Positions 27,222 through 37,934 are shown, counted from the first letter of the stretch. The stretch: DNA of 64,000 bases from an uncultured Bacillales bacterium (GCA_947164155.1 CAMUVS010000005.1:639-64638), one strand, 5' to 3'. The notes: generated from the sequence alone by a model not told the origin. Translations and numbers: made by a program.

Positions 27222-27774
27222 AGAAGAATTACACGAAGAACTCCCTAAAAAAGAAAAAAAGAAATTAGAAAAAGCAAACGAAGAAATCGAAAAGTTAAAA
27301 GCGGAAGCTAACCACTGGAAAAACGAATATTATCGAGCCTACGCTGATACAAAGAACTTAAGAAATAATCTTGAACAAGATTACAAAAACGCTCTTAAGT
27401 ATCGTAGCGAAGGATTTATCGAAGAACTTCTTCCGATATTAGATAGCTTCCATATGGCTCTTGCTAACGAGCCATCTGATCCGACACTTAAGAATTACTT
27501 AACTGGATTCCAATATGTTTATCGAAACATGGTGGCGGTGTTAGAGAACGAAGGAGTGAGCGAACTTGTTCCTGAAGTTGGCAAAAAATTCGATCCAAAC
27601 ACTATGGACGCTGTAGATACAGTGGAGGGAGAACAAGACAACATTGTTCTAAAGGTCTATGGTAACGGATATAAATTACATGATCGCATTATTCGCCCAG
27701 CGAAAGTGCAGGTCGCAATCTTAAAACAAACAAAAGAGGAAAAAACCGAAGAAAAAGCATCATTTGATGCATAG
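27205..27774 (+). CDS. grpE: Nucleotide exchange factor GrpE
   Basis: Coiled-coil N-terminus, then RYRSEGFIEELLPILDSF and the C-terminal beta domain. Confidence 0.95.
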   Translation: MKVENKEELHEELPKKEKKKLEKANEEIEKLKAEANHWKNEYYRAYADTKNLRNNLEQDYKNALKYRSEGFIEELLPILDSFHMALANEPSDPTLKNYLTGFQYVYRNMVAVLENEGVSELVPEVGKKFDPNTMDAVDTVEGEQDNIVLKVYGNGYKLHDRIIRPAKVQVAILKQTKEEKTEEKASFDA

Positions 27775-27787
27775 GAGGAAATAAATT

Positions 27788-29611
27788 ATGGCAAAAGAAA
27801 TTATCTTAGGTATCGACCTTGGAACTACTAACTCAGTAGTATCCTATTTACAAGCAGATGGCACTGTAAAAGTCATCCCTTCTCCAGAAGGAACAATGAC
27901 TACTCCATCAGTTGTTGCCTTTAAGGCAAATGGTGAAGAAATCGTTGGTAACGCTGCTAAAAGACAAGCAATTACTAACCCAGATACAGTTTCATCTATT
28001 AAAAGAAAAATGGGTAGTGCAGAAAAAGTTCACATTAACTGTGTGAATAAAGACTTCACCCCACAAGAAATCTCTGCAAAAATTCTTGCTTACATGAAGA
28101 AATATGCAGAAACTAACATCGGACACAAAGTGGAAAAAGCAGTTATTACTGTTCCTGCTTACTTCAACGACGCTCAAAGACAAGCGACTAAAGACGCTGG
28201 TCAAATCGCTGGATTAGATGTTGTCCGTATTATTAACGAACCAACCGCTGCTGCCTTAGCCTATGGCTTACAAACTGAAAAATCTGAAAAGATCTTAGTG
28301 TTTGACTTAGGTGGTGGTACATTCGATGTCTCTATTCTTGATATTGGAGACGGCACATTCGAAGTTGTTTCTACCGCTGGAGATAATAAACTCGGTGGTG
28401 ATGACTGGGATGCTGTAGTCGCTGATTATATCAAAGCGCAAATTAAGATGGATAGTGGTGTTGATATTACTGATAAAGGCAGCTTACAAAGAATTAAAGA
28501 AGCTGCTGAAAAGGCCAAGATTGAATTATCTTCATCCTTAGAAACAGTGGTCTCCTTACCATTCATTTCTATGACCAGCGCTGGCCCTGTGAACTTTGAA
28601 CACACTTTAACCCGTGCTAAGTTCCAAGACTTAACAAGACATCTCTTAAAGAGATGTGAAGAACCAGTTAGACGTGCCTTAAGCGACGCTAATATGAAAG
28701 CTAGCGAACTTGATCAAGTCTTATTAATCGGTGGTTCTATCCGTATGCCAGCGGTTCAAGAATTAGTGAAAACTTTAACTGGCAAACAACCAAACTTATC
28801 TGTTAACCCAGATGAAGCGGTCTCAATCGGTGCGGCTTATCAAGGTGGTGTGGTTTCTGGAGATGTCAAAGACGTAGTCTTACTTGATGTCACTCCATTA
28901 ACCTTAGGTATTGAAACTTTAGGTGGTGTCTTAACTCCTCTTATTAAGAGAAATACCACAATTCCAACCACTCAAAGCCAAATCTTCTCAACCGCTGCTG
29001 ATAATCAACCAGCTGTTGATATCATGGTGTATCAAGGTGAAAGACCAATGGCCCATGATAATAAATTACTTGGTCACTTCCAATTAACTGGTATTAAACC
29101 AGCTAGACGTGGTGAACCTCGAATTGAAGTTACATTCTCTATCGACGTTAACGGTATCGTTAAAGTGTCCGCTAAAGACTTAGATACTCAAAAAGAACAA
29201 GAAATCACCATTACTGGTAGTAACGGACTTTCTAAAGAAGATATCGATAGAATGGTCAGAGAAGCCGAAGAAAACGCTGAAGCTGATGCCAAACGTAAAG
29301 AAGAAACCGAAGTGAAGAATAAGGCTGAATCCTTAATTAACGATATCGACATTTCTTTACAAGAAAAAGGCGACAGCATTGATCCTGCCCAAAAAGAACA
29401 AACTCAAAAATTAAGAGATGAACTCAAGACTGCGTTAGATAATAACGATATTGAAACTCTTAAAAAGAGAATCTCTGAATTAGAGCAAGCAGCAGCCTAT
29501 ATGGCTAACGCTCAAGCTGGTAAAGGTCAACAAGCTGGTCAAGAAGGCACCCCAGGAAGTAATCCTGATGATGTCGTTGACGCTGACTTCTCAGACAAAA
29601 ACAAAGCGTAA
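27788..29611 (+). CDS. dnaK: Molecular chaperone DnaK
   Basis: [21 protein letters not shown] and [11 protein letters not shown]. Confidence 0.98.
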   Translation: MAKEIILGIDLGTTNSVVSYLQADGTVKVIPSPEGTMTTPSVVAFKANGEEIVGNAAKRQAITNPDTVSSIKRKMGSAEKVHINCVNKDFTPQEISAKILAYMKKYAETNIGHKVEKAVITVPAYFNDAQRQATKDAGQIAGLDVVRIINEPTAAALAYGLQTEKSEKILVFDLGGGTFDVSILDIGDGTFEVVSTAGDNKLGGDDWDAVVADYIKAQIKMDSGVDITDKGSLQRIKEAAEKAKIELSSSLETVVSLPFISMTSAGPVNFEHTLTRAKFQDLTRHLLKRCEEPVRRALSDANMKASELDQVLLIGGSIRMPAVQELVKTLTGKQPNLSVNPDEAVSIGAAYQGGVVSGDVKDVVLLDVTPLTLGIETLGGVLTPLIKRNTTIPTTQSQIFSTAADNQPAVDIMVYQGERPMAHDNKLLGHFQLTGIKPARRGEPRIEVTFSIDVNGIVKVSAKDLDTQKEQEITITGSNGLSKEDIDRMVREAEENAEADAKRKEETEVKNKAESLINDIDISLQEKGDSIDPAQKEQTQKLRDELKTALDNNDIETLKKRISELEQAAAYMANAQAGKGQQAGQEGTPGSNPDDVVDADFSDKNKA

Positions 29612-29635
29612 TTTGTATTAAATAAATTTCCTTTC

Positions 29636-29661
29636 GCTAGAGGGCTTCGGCCCTCTTTAGC
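29636..29661 (+). other. GC-rich hairpin between dnaK and dnaJ, with no U-tract
   Basis: GCTAGAGGGC-TTCG-GCCCTCTTTAGC. The core GAGGGC/GCCCTC closes a TTCG tetraloop and is followed by the dnaJ SD. Confidence 0.6.
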
Positions 29662-29681
29662 CTAAGGGAGAAAGGACTAAC

Positions 29682-30815
29682 ATGGCAAAAAGAGATTATT
29701 ATGAAGTTTTAGGTGTTAGTAAGAACGCATCTAAAGATGAAATCAAATCTGCCTATCGTAAATTAGCGAAAAAATATCACCCAGATAATAAAGAAACTGG
29801 TGATGAAGCAAAATTTAAAGAAGTGCAAGAAGCCTATGATATTTTGTTCGATGATCAAAAGCGTGAAGCCTATAATCAATTTGGCCATGCGGCATTTGAA
29901 CAAACTGGAGGAGGCCCTGGTGGAGGTAATCCATTTAGTGGTGGATTCTCTGGCTTTGGTGAAGATATCAATTTAGGTGATATATTCTCTTCCTTCTTTG
30001 GAGGAGGCTCTGCTAGAAGAAACGCTAGTAGAACTGGCCCTCAAAGAGGAGATGACATCTTAATGAAACATCGTGTCGATTTTATGGATACGGTGAACGG
30101 TAAGGATGAAGAAGTGTCATTCGATTACGATGAAGATTGCCCACACTGTCACGGTTCAGGGGCTGAAAGTCCTAGTGACATCAAAACCTGTTCTAGATGT
30201 AGCGGCAAAGGAACAATTATTCGCCAACAACGTGGCATCTTTGGAATGATGAATACTGAAACCATTTGTCCTGATTGTAATGGTGCAGGTAGAACAATTC
30301 TTAAGAAATGTTCTGTTTGTGGTGGAAGCGGTCATAAACGTACCAAAAAGACCATGAAAATACATATCCCAGTTGGTATTCAAAACGGACAACAAATTCG
30401 TTTACAAGGAATGGGCGCTGCTGGAACTAATGGCGGGGAGCACGGAGATTTATATATTGAAATTTCTGTTAAACCACACCCATATTTCCAAAGAGAAAGA
30501 AATGATATTCATCTTACTATCCCTGTCGACTTTGTCGATGCAATATTAGGGGCAAAGATTGAAGTTCCTACAGTTAATGGAAACGTTTACTTAACAATTC
30601 CAGAAGGAACTCAACCTGGCCAAACTCTAAGAATGCGCGGACAAGGTATTAAAGATTTAAGAACTGGTAAGCCTGGTGATCAATATGTGCACCTTGATAT
30701 CAAATCCCCAACTTCGCTTAATAGGAAACAAAAAGAAGCCCTTAAAGCCTATAAGGAAAATACCAAGGAGAGCGATGATCCTTACTACAAGTTCCAAAAA
30801 AACTTTAAAAAATAA
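29682..30815 (+). CDS. dnaJ: Molecular chaperone DnaJ
   Basis: J domain (DYYEVLGV, KKYHPD), a G/F-rich region and four CxxCxGxG zinc-finger repeats. Confidence 0.98.
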   Translation: MAKRDYYEVLGVSKNASKDEIKSAYRKLAKKYHPDNKETGDEAKFKEVQEAYDILFDDQKREAYNQFGHAAFEQTGGGPGGGNPFSGGFSGFGEDINLGDIFSSFFGGGSARRNASRTGPQRGDDILMKHRVDFMDTVNGKDEEVSFDYDEDCPHCHGSGAESPSDIKTCSRCSGKGTIIRQQRGIFGMMNTETICPDCNGAGRTILKKCSVCGGSGHKRTKKTMKIHIPVGIQNGQQIRLQGMGAAGTNGGEHGDLYIEISVKPHPYFQRERNDIHLTIPVDFVDAILGAKIEVPTVNGNVYLTIPEGTQPGQTLRMRGQGIKDLRTGKPGDQYVHLDIKSPTSLNRKQKEALKAYKENTKESDDPYYKFQKNFKK

Positions 30816-30840
30816 GACCCTTTGGGTCTTTTCTTTTTTT
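30814..30840 (+). terminator. Intrinsic terminator after dnaJ
   Basis: AAGACCC-ttt-GGGTCTT followed by TTCTTTTTTT. Confidence 0.75.
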
Positions 30841-30852
30841 GAGACGCCTTTT

Positions 30853-30904
30853 AAAAAATTTTTTGCAAAAAAATCGCATTTTTCCCCTCTTTATATAATG
30901 TAGG
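30853..30904 (+). repeat. Copy 2 of the roughly 52-nt upstream element shared with comEA
   Basis: AAAAAATTTTTTGCAAAAAAATCGCA followed by CCCTCTTTATATAATGTAGG. TATAAT at 30894-30899, SD AAGGAGG at 30919-30925, ATG at 30929. Confidence 0.8.
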
Positions 30905-30928
30905 GACATTCTCTACAAAGGAGGAAAA

Positions 30929-32146
30929 ATGTACTTCATATCCCAAGTCGGCCAACATGATTGTGCCTTTGCTTGTCTAAAGATGTTATTGGCCAATTAT
31001 CATCATGACAAGAATTATTTATTTTTGCAGTGCGAGGATAAGCCATATAGTTTTATGGACTTAAAGAAAATCGCAGCCACGTATCATATGGATGTATCAG
31101 GTGTCCGAGTAGAAGGATCTAAAGAGCTTGAGAATAATAAGCAATATCCTTTTATTGTCACATTAGAGAAAAAGAAAGGAGTGAAACACAGCGTTCTTGT
31201 TCTAGGAATGAGCCGGAAATACGTAAAAATATACGATCCGGAAACTGGCAAAAGGAAAATCCTTTCTGAAATCTTTTATAGTCAATGGGACCGTAAAGCT
31301 TTAATAGTCAATAAAGAAAAAGGCTACCAAAAGTTTAAATGTGATGTGCAAATCAATGATTTCATCGATAAGAAAGATAAAATCACTATCCCATTATGGC
31401 AAATTATTAGTTCCATATCTTTAGCAGTGGGAATGTATTTTATTAACGCTAATTCGTATTTCTTTCTCCCAGTTATCTTTTTAGCGTTATTCATTATCTT
31501 TGAATTGATGTTTAGAAAAAATTTGATTTCCGCGATGCAAAGGATGGATGACAACATTTTCAACTACAAGATCAAAGCAGAAAAGAAAGAGTTTTACGAC
31601 TTCTTTAAAGTGATGGAAAAATATCGTTATGTCTCTTTAACGATTATTCCAAATTTACTTTATGTAGTTTTAATTTCTGTATTTGTCACTATGGTGTTAG
31701 TGATGAATAGCACAATAAATATAATTTATGTTTTGCTTTCTTTATTACTCGCTTTCATCCATGTTTATATTTATCTCCCATATCAAAAAAATAAATATGA
31801 TGAAGCACTTGAAAAAGAAGCAGAAGTTAAAGAAGTGGAAAATCAATTTCAATTTCGTTCAGTAATTAACACCGCTCATGAGAGCGCTTATAAGCTAGGT
31901 TTGTTTAAAAATGCTTTAACTTATATTGAGATTGCGGTTTTACTGATGAGCATTATCACGGTGATGGCAGTGTCACACATTGTGAACATTACCTATGTTA
32001 TTTTCTATTTATGCATATCTGTTTATCTAAAAGATAATTTCATTCGTCTAATGCAATATTCAGATAGTAGCGAAGATTATAATAATCAATTGGCCAAATT
32101 ACTTCACTATATCGATTTGTCGATTAAAAATAATCCCGTGGATTGA
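30929..32146 (+). CDS. Peptidase C39-like domain fused to a six-helix membrane domain, with no ABC ATPase domain
   Basis: The N-terminal roughly 135 aa have the C39 layout: Q6 (oxyanion), DC12AFAC, H87SVLVLG and YD103PETG. About six hydrophobic helices follow. The ORF ends 27 nt before ybeY. Confidence 0.7.
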   Translation: MYFISQVGQHDCAFACLKMLLANYHHDKNYLFLQCEDKPYSFMDLKKIAATYHMDVSGVRVEGSKELENNKQYPFIVTLEKKKGVKHSVLVLGMSRKYVKIYDPETGKRKILSEIFYSQWDRKALIVNKEKGYQKFKCDVQINDFIDKKDKITIPLWQIISSISLAVGMYFINANSYFFLPVIFLALFIIFELMFRKNLISAMQRMDDNIFNYKIKAEKKEFYDFFKVMEKYRYVSLTIIPNLLYVVLISVFVTMVLVMNSTINIIYVLLSLLLAFIHVYIYLPYQKNKYDEALEKEAEVKEVENQFQFRSVINTAHESAYKLGLFKNALTYIEIAVLLMSIITVMAVSHIVNITYVIFYLCISVYLKDNFIRLMQYSDSSEDYNNQLAKLLHYIDLSIKNNPVD

Positions 32147-32173
32147 GTTTATTATCTATGATAAGATATTCTC

Positions 32174-32629
32174 ATGGAATTAGATTTTAATTCAAAATTC
32201 GCTGAATGCGAATCATATGAAGGTTTTTATTTAGAATTGATGGATGTGGCTTTTAAAAAGTTAAACATCAAATGCGACCCAATTGTGTCGGTCAGCATTG
32301 TTGACAACCGTTATATCCATAAAATCAATAAAAAATATCGTCATATTGATCGCCCAACAGATGTGATTAGTTTTGCCTTCCTTGATAGCGAGAATAATTA
32401 TGATAAAGTTTTGTTTTCGCCAGGACCAGTAGTGCTAGGAGATATTTATATCTCTTTAGAAAAAGCTAAAGAACAGGCCGAGGAATACGGACATAGTCTA
32501 CACCGCGAGTTATCATTCTTATTTGTACATGGCCTACTCCATCTATTGGGATACGACCATATGAATGAGGAAGACGAAAAAGAAATGTTCCAATTACAAG
32601 AAGAAATCTTATCTGAAAAAGGAGTATAA
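32174..32629 (+). CDS. ybeY: rRNA maturation endoribonuclease YbeY
   Basis: Zinc motif HGLLHLLGYDH. Confidence 0.95.
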   Translation: MELDFNSKFAECESYEGFYLELMDVAFKKLNIKCDPIVSVSIVDNRYIHKINKKYRHIDRPTDVISFAFLDSENNYDKVLFSPGPVVLGDIYISLEKAKEQAEEYGHSLHRELSFLFVHGLLHLLGYDHMNEEDEKEMFQLQEEILSEKGV

Positions 32630-32633
32630 TCTC

Positions 32634-33035
32634 ATGGACAAAAATCAATTAATCATCAAAGCTAAAGAAGCAAGAAGCTTATCTTATTCTCCCTATAGCC
32701 ATTTCGCTGTTGGGGCCGCGCTTTTAACAAAAGATGGAAAAGTCTTTGTCGGCGCTAATATTGAAAACTCCAGTTATCCATTATGTATGTGTGCTGAAAG
32801 AAACGCATTGTATAATGCGATGATGAATGGCTATAAAAAAGAAGACTTTGTGGCTTTAGCTTTATCTGCAGATACTGACGAGCCATGTTCCCCTTGTGGA
32901 GCGTGTCGCCAAGTGATTAGTGAACTTTTTCCAAGAGAAGCTCCTATATATATGAGCAATCTTAAGGGAGATGAAAAAGAGACAACAATCGATGAACTTC
33001 TCCCATTTGCGTTCTCTGGAGATGATCTTAAATAA
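32634..33035 (+). CDS. cdd: Cytidine deaminase
   Basis: CAERNA and PCGACRQ zinc ligands. Start moved to ATG 32634 (AAAGGAG at 32618-32624). Confidence 0.93.
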   Translation: MDKNQLIIKAKEARSLSYSPYSHFAVGAALLTKDGKVFVGANIENSSYPLCMCAERNALYNAMMNGYKKEDFVALALSADTDEPCSPCGACRQVISELFPREAPIYMSNLKGDEKETTIDELLPFAFSGDDLK

Positions 33036-33922
33036 TGAAATCTGGGTTTGTAACAATTTTAGGACATCCAAATGTTGGCAAGTCGACCATTTTAAATGGT
33101 TTAATCAACCATAAGATATCGATTGTCACTGATAAAAGTCAAACTACGAGAAATATTATCAAAGGTATTTATCGCGGTGCAGATTCACAAATTATCTTCA
33201 TTGACACCCCTGGTATTCATAAACCTCACGCTAAATTAGGCGAAGAGATGAATGCTATGGCTTATTCAAGCGCACATGATGCTGATGTAAATATTTTAGT
33301 GGTGGATGCTTCTAAACCATTTGGTGAAGGAGATCAATATCTATTAGACCATTTAGATATAAAAAACGCCCCTTTAGTTATTGTTTTTAATAAAATTGAT
33401 CAAGCAAGAATTGATAAAGTCGAAAAGTTAAAAGCAATCTACAAAGAAAAACTTCCAGAAAGCCACTTTATTGACACTGTGGCGAGCGAAAAGTTCAATT
33501 TGGATTTGCTCATCAAAGTAGTGGAAAATCTCCTTCCAGAAGGCCCAGAATATTATCCAGGTGAAGAAATCACTGATAAGGATGAAGTTTTCCAAATTAA
33601 AGAAATTATTAGAGAGAAAGCTTTAAATATCCTTAGAGATGAAGTGCCACACAGCATTGCGATTTATGTAAATAACATTGATTATGAATCTAAACCAATG
33701 CACATCGTTGCTTCAATTATTGTCGAAAAAGATTCCCAAAAGGGAATAGTAATTGGCAGTGGCGGCAAACGCATCAAACTCATCGGACAAAAAGCCCGAC
33801 AAAGCATAGAAAAATATTTAGGCAAACATGTCTATTTAGAATTATTTGTAAAGGTGCAATCAGATTGGCGTAACGACGATGCTTCATTAGAAGCATATGG
33901 ATATAAGAACAAAAAGAAATAA
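33035..33922 (+). CDS. era: GTPase Era
   Basis: GHPNVGKST, DTPG, NKID and a C-terminal KH domain. Confidence 0.97.
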   Translation: MKSGFVTILGHPNVGKSTILNGLINHKISIVTDKSQTTRNIIKGIYRGADSQIIFIDTPGIHKPHAKLGEEMNAMAYSSAHDADVNILVVDASKPFGEGDQYLLDHLDIKNAPLVIVFNKIDQARIDKVEKLKAIYKEKLPESHFIDTVASEKFNLDLLIKVVENLLPEGPEYYPGEEITDKDEVFQIKEIIREKALNILRDEVPHSIAIYVNNIDYESKPMHIVASIIVEKDSQKGIVIGSGGKRIKLIGQKARQSIEKYLGKHVYLELFVKVQSDWRNDDASLEAYGYKNKKK

Positions 33923-33923
33923 C

Positions 33924-34646
33924 ATGAAAGTTATTATTTTAAGCAAAAGCAATTATAAAGAAAAAGATTGCATTTATAATGCTCTTAGCCAAGAAGGATT
34001 AATTTCCTTTATGGCTAAAGGAGCGCAAGATCCAAAAAGCAAGTATGTATGGCTCAACAACCCATTAACAATAGTGGATGTCGATTTTCTTTCAGATGGG
34101 CGATATAAGCACAAAGTAATTAATAGTGCAGTTTTAGTATCATCGCCAATGCAAAAATCCACTAACTATGAGTATTTAGTGGCAATTAACGTTCTAACTG
34201 AACTTAGTAAAAACGTTTTAGCAGATGAAGAAAAACATCTCATTTTTAATGAAGTAGAAGCTGCACTAAATGCTTTAAGGAATGATAAAGACCATTATAT
34301 GGTCATCCTTGTGTATTTGGCCAAATTAATTAAATTAGGTGGAGCAGAATTAGAAGTTGACAAATGTGTTTTCTGCGGTAGCAAACAAGACATTGTGGCT
34401 TTTAGTTTTGAAGATGGCGGATTTGTTTGCAGAAATTGTTTAAATAAAGAAACAGTTAGAGATCTTAACGGAACACAACTACATCTAATTAGATACATTT
34501 TTAAAGCAAACGATTATTCTTTACCAGAAATCGATAAATATTCATTAGATGACAAAAAGATAATTTTATTAAAATTAAGAGATTTCGTCGATGAATATAT
34601 GGGAGTGAAACTTAACTCCCTTGATGCCTTAATCCAAATACAATAA
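33924..34646 (+). CDS. recO: DNA repair protein RecO
   Basis: Position after era. Zinc-finger cysteines CVFCGS ... CRNC. Start moved to ATG 33924, 1 nt after the era stop. Confidence 0.88.
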   Translation: MKVIILSKSNYKEKDCIYNALSQEGLISFMAKGAQDPKSKYVWLNNPLTIVDVDFLSDGRYKHKVINSAVLVSSPMQKSTNYEYLVAINVLTELSKNVLADEEKHLIFNEVEAALNALRNDKDHYMVILVYLAKLIKLGGAELEVDKCVFCGSKQDIVAFSFEDGGFVCRNCLNKETVRDLNGTQLHLIRYIFKANDYSLPEIDKYSLDDKKIILLKLRDFVDEYMGVKLNSLDALIQIQ

Positions 34647-34666
34647 TAAAATACACTGATAATAGG

Positions 34667-34695
34667 TTGACAAGATACATAACAAATCATATACT
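34667..34695 (+). promoter_or_regulatory. glyQS promoter
   Basis: TTGACA (34667-34672), 17-nt spacer, TATACT (34690-34695). The leader is too short for a T-box. Confidence 0.7.
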
Positions 34696-34725
34696 TTTTC
34701 CTGCAGTTTTTTGGAGGTATATCAC

Positions 34726-36099
34726 ATGAGTGATTTTAGTTTTGATAAAGTATGTAGTCACTTAATTTCATCCGGTTATTATTACCAAGGAAGTGAGATT
34801 TATGGTGGCTTATCAAACACATGGGATTATGGACCATTAGGTTCAGAAATTAAGAATAACATTCGTAGAATGTGGTGGAAAAAATTTGTTCAAGAAAGCC
34901 CAACTAACGTCGGTATTGACGCTGCTATTTTAATGAATCCAAAAGTTTGGGAAGCAACTGGACACGTTTCTACATTTAATGACCCATTAATTGATTGTAA
35001 GAAATGTAAGCAACGTTTCAGAGCTGATCAATTAATTGAATCTGCTGATCCAAGTGCTCCAGTGACATCAATGAACAATGATCAAATGATGGAATACATT
35101 CGTTCACATCATATAGCATGTCCAAATTGTGGAGCTGAGAATTTCACTGATATTCGTCAATTCAATATGATGTTTAAAACACATATTGGTGTTACTGAAG
35201 ATTCTAAATCTACAGTTTATTTAAGACCAGAAACCGCTCAAGGCATGTTTGTGAATTTTAAAAACGTTTGTAGAACAACAAGAAGAAAATTACCTTTAGG
35301 TATTTGTAATGTCGGTAAAGCTTTTAGAAATGAAATCACTCCAGGCCAAATGACATTCAGAATGCGTGAATTTGAACAAATGGAAATGGAATTCTTCTGC
35401 AAACCAGGAGAAGACTTAAAATGGTTTGAACATTGGAAAAAAGAATGTTTAGAATTTATTAATACCTTAGGTATTAAGAATGAAAACCTCCGTTACCGTG
35501 ATCACGACCCAGAAGAACTTGCTTTCTATTCCAAAGCCACAACTGATATCGAATACTTATTCCCATTTGGATGGGGTGAAGTATGGGGCATCGCCGATAG
35601 AACTGATTATGATTTAAAACGTCACATGAGTTATAGTGGTGAATCTTTAGAATATTTAGACCCAGAAGACAACTCTAAATATATTCCATATTGTATCGAA
35701 CCATCCGTCGGTTTAGATAGATTAACACTTATGGTGTTATGCGATGCTTATGATGAAGAAGCATTAGAAAACGGTGAAACACGTATCGTGATGCATTTAT
35801 CTCCATTAGTGGCGCCTATAAAAGCTGCAATCTTACCTTTATCCAAAAAATTAGAGGATAAAGCAAGAGACATCCAAAGAATCTTGTCTAAGTATATGCC
35901 TGTCGTCTATGACGACACTGGTAGTATTGGAAAGAGATATCGTCGTCAAGATGCAGTGGGAACTCCATTCTGTATCACTGTTGACTTTGACTCTCTTGAT
36001 GATAATCAAGTTACAATTAGAGAAAGAGATTCAATGAACCAAATTAGATTACCGATTGAAAAACTTGTTGAGTATCTTGGAGTCAAAATCTTTTATTAG
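34726..36099 (+). CDS. glyQS: Glycine--tRNA ligase (dimeric class II type)
   Basis: GSEIYGGLSNTWDYGPLG, LRPETAQG and FRNEITP. Start moved to ATG 34726 (GGAGG at 34714-34718). Confidence 0.96.
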   Translation: MSDFSFDKVCSHLISSGYYYQGSEIYGGLSNTWDYGPLGSEIKNNIRRMWWKKFVQESPTNVGIDAAILMNPKVWEATGHVSTFNDPLIDCKKCKQRFRADQLIESADPSAPVTSMNNDQMMEYIRSHHIACPNCGAENFTDIRQFNMMFKTHIGVTEDSKSTVYLRPETAQGMFVNFKNVCRTTRRKLPLGICNVGKAFRNEITPGQMTFRMREFEQMEMEFFCKPGEDLKWFEHWKKECLEFINTLGIKNENLRYRDHDPEELAFYSKATTDIEYLFPFGWGEVWGIADRTDYDLKRHMSYSGESLEYLDPEDNSKYIPYCIEPSVGLDRLTLMVLCDAYDEEALENGETRIVMHLSPLVAPIKAAILPLSKKLEDKARDIQRILSKYMPVVYDDTGSIGKRYRRQDAVGTPFCITVDFDSLDDNQVTIRERDSMNQIRLPIEKLVEYLGVKIFY

Positions 36100-36104
36100 T
36101 TTGT

Positions 36105-36123
36105 TTTTAGTATCAAATTAGTA
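36105..36123 (+). repeat. 3'-flank tandem motif TTTTAGTA-N3-AATTAGTA, 6 nt after the glyQS stop
   Basis: Read directly. The copies start at 36105 and 36116, 11 nt apart. Confidence 0.5.
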
Positions 36124-36140
36124 TTTTTATAATTTATTAT

Positions 36141-37934
36141 ATGGCATACAATAAATCAATTGCAGAAGACGTATTAAAGCATGCGGATATTGTTCAAGTC
36201 ATCTCTTCATTCATTCCATTAATCAAGCAAGGAAAGAATTATAAGGCGGTTTGTCCGTTCCATGATGACACAAATCCATCTTTGGTGGTGTCTCCTGAAA
36301 AGCAATTCTTTAAATGTTTCGTTTGCGGAACAAGTGGAACCGCCATTTCCTTTGTTCAAAAATATAAAAAAATCTCCTATGGAGAAGCGATTAAAATTGT
36401 CGCTGATATAGTTGGATATCATCCAGAAGGACTTGATTCTATTGCTAAACCTAAAAAGGTTGATGAAAAAAGAGAATCTTTGCTCAAATGCCTTCATGAC
36501 TTAAGTTTATATTATCAATTTGCATTGAATACTCCTGAAGGAAAAGAGGGCTTAGATTATTTTGAATCTCGTCATTTAGATGCTCCAATCAGAAATAAAT
36601 ATAAATTAGGCTATGCCTATAAAGATGGAAAGGCCACAATTGCGTATTTACAAAAGAAAGGACATTCAATCAAAACTATTGAAGATACAGGTGTTGCTAA
36701 AATGCTATCTGTCGGTAATTATGCTGATATGAATGAGGGCAGAGTGATATTCCCAATTTGCGATATTGATGGCAATGTTGTTGGTTTTAGTGCTCGAAGA
36801 TTAGTGGATGATGATACCGCTAAATATATGAACACTCCTGAAACGTATTTATTCCATAAATCGAGCAATTTATATAACATTCATATCGCAAAAGACGCAG
36901 CCAAATTAAAAGGTTATATCTATATCTGTGAAGGCTTTATGGATGTTTATGCATTAAGCAAGATTGGAATAGATGCCGCCGTTGCGATTATGGGAACATC
37001 ATTGACTAGCGAGCACATTCAGATATTAAGATCGTTGAATGTTGAAATTAGACTTTGTCTAGATGGTGATTTGCCAGGGCAAAGCGCAATGATGAAGTAT
37101 TCTAAATTATTATCTAAGGCTGGATTAAAATATCGTGTAGTGGATAACCAAGGCAGTTCAAAAGATCCAGATGAGATATTAAATGAAGATGGAAAAGAAG
37201 CTCTTGAAGCATATGTAAATAATCTTATTTCTCAAGTGGATTTTGCTCTTAATTATTATTCAAGGTCCAATCCGCTTAAAACAATAGATGAGAAAAAGGC
37301 ATTAATTAAAGAGTTTTTACCAATATTATCAAAGATAAATAGTCAAATTGAACTAGATACATATATTCGTAAGTTGGCAAGAATCACGGGATTTGATGTT
37401 GAATCTATAAGAAGTGTTGTTAAAAGAACTAGATTATCGACTGCAGATGATAATGTAGTGGCAACAACAAAAATTATGGAAGAGTATCGTCCTGAAAATA
37501 AGGAGCTCCAGAAGCTCTTAACAGCAGAGAGAGAACTTTTATACCAAATGACACAAAACAAGTCTGCTGTGAGCTTTTATGAGGCAAAAACGCCAGGATT
37601 CTATGATGATATCTATCGCACAATTGCAAATTTTGTCATTGAATATGCTGCAAACCATGAAATGATGGATGATGCTGGTTTACTCGCCTTACTTGAATCT
37701 AGTGATTTAGAAAACAAGGAAAGAATTATTCGGGATTTGGTTAATATTTATTCTGAAACACATCCAAAAATATGTACTGATGAGCTACTTAACAACTTGT
37801 TAGAGACTATCGAGGATGAAAGAAAACGTATTAGTGATGAAGATGTCTTATCTCAATCACTAGAAGGCAAGTCCGAATTAGAAAAAGCAAGGATCATTAA
37901 CGAGTTTAATCGTCGAATGGTCTCTAAGAAATAA
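36141..37934 (+). CDS. dnaG: DNA primase
   Basis: Zinc finger CPFHDDTNPS ... FKCFVCG and TOPRIM motif CEGFMDV. Confidence 0.96.
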   Translation: MAYNKSIAEDVLKHADIVQVISSFIPLIKQGKNYKAVCPFHDDTNPSLVVSPEKQFFKCFVCGTSGTAISFVQKYKKISYGEAIKIVADIVGYHPEGLDSIAKPKKVDEKRESLLKCLHDLSLYYQFALNTPEGKEGLDYFESRHLDAPIRNKYKLGYAYKDGKATIAYLQKKGHSIKTIEDTGVAKMLSVGNYADMNEGRVIFPICDIDGNVVGFSARRLVDDDTAKYMNTPETYLFHKSSNLYNIHIAKDAAKLKGYIYICEGFMDVYALSKIGIDAAVAIMGTSLTSEHIQILRSLNVEIRLCLDGDLPGQSAMMKYSKLLSKAGLKYRVVDNQGSSKDPDEILNEDGKEALEAYVNNLISQVDFALNYYSRSNPLKTIDEKKALIKEFLPILSKINSQIELDTYIRKLARITGFDVESIRSVVKRTRLSTADDNVVATTKIMEEYRPENKELQKLLTAERELLYQMTQNKSAVSFYEAKTPGFYDDIYRTIANFVIEYAANHEMMDDAGLLALLESSDLENKERIIRDLVNIYSETHPKICTDELLNNLLETIEDERKRISDEDVLSQSLEGKSELEKARIINEFNRRMVSKK

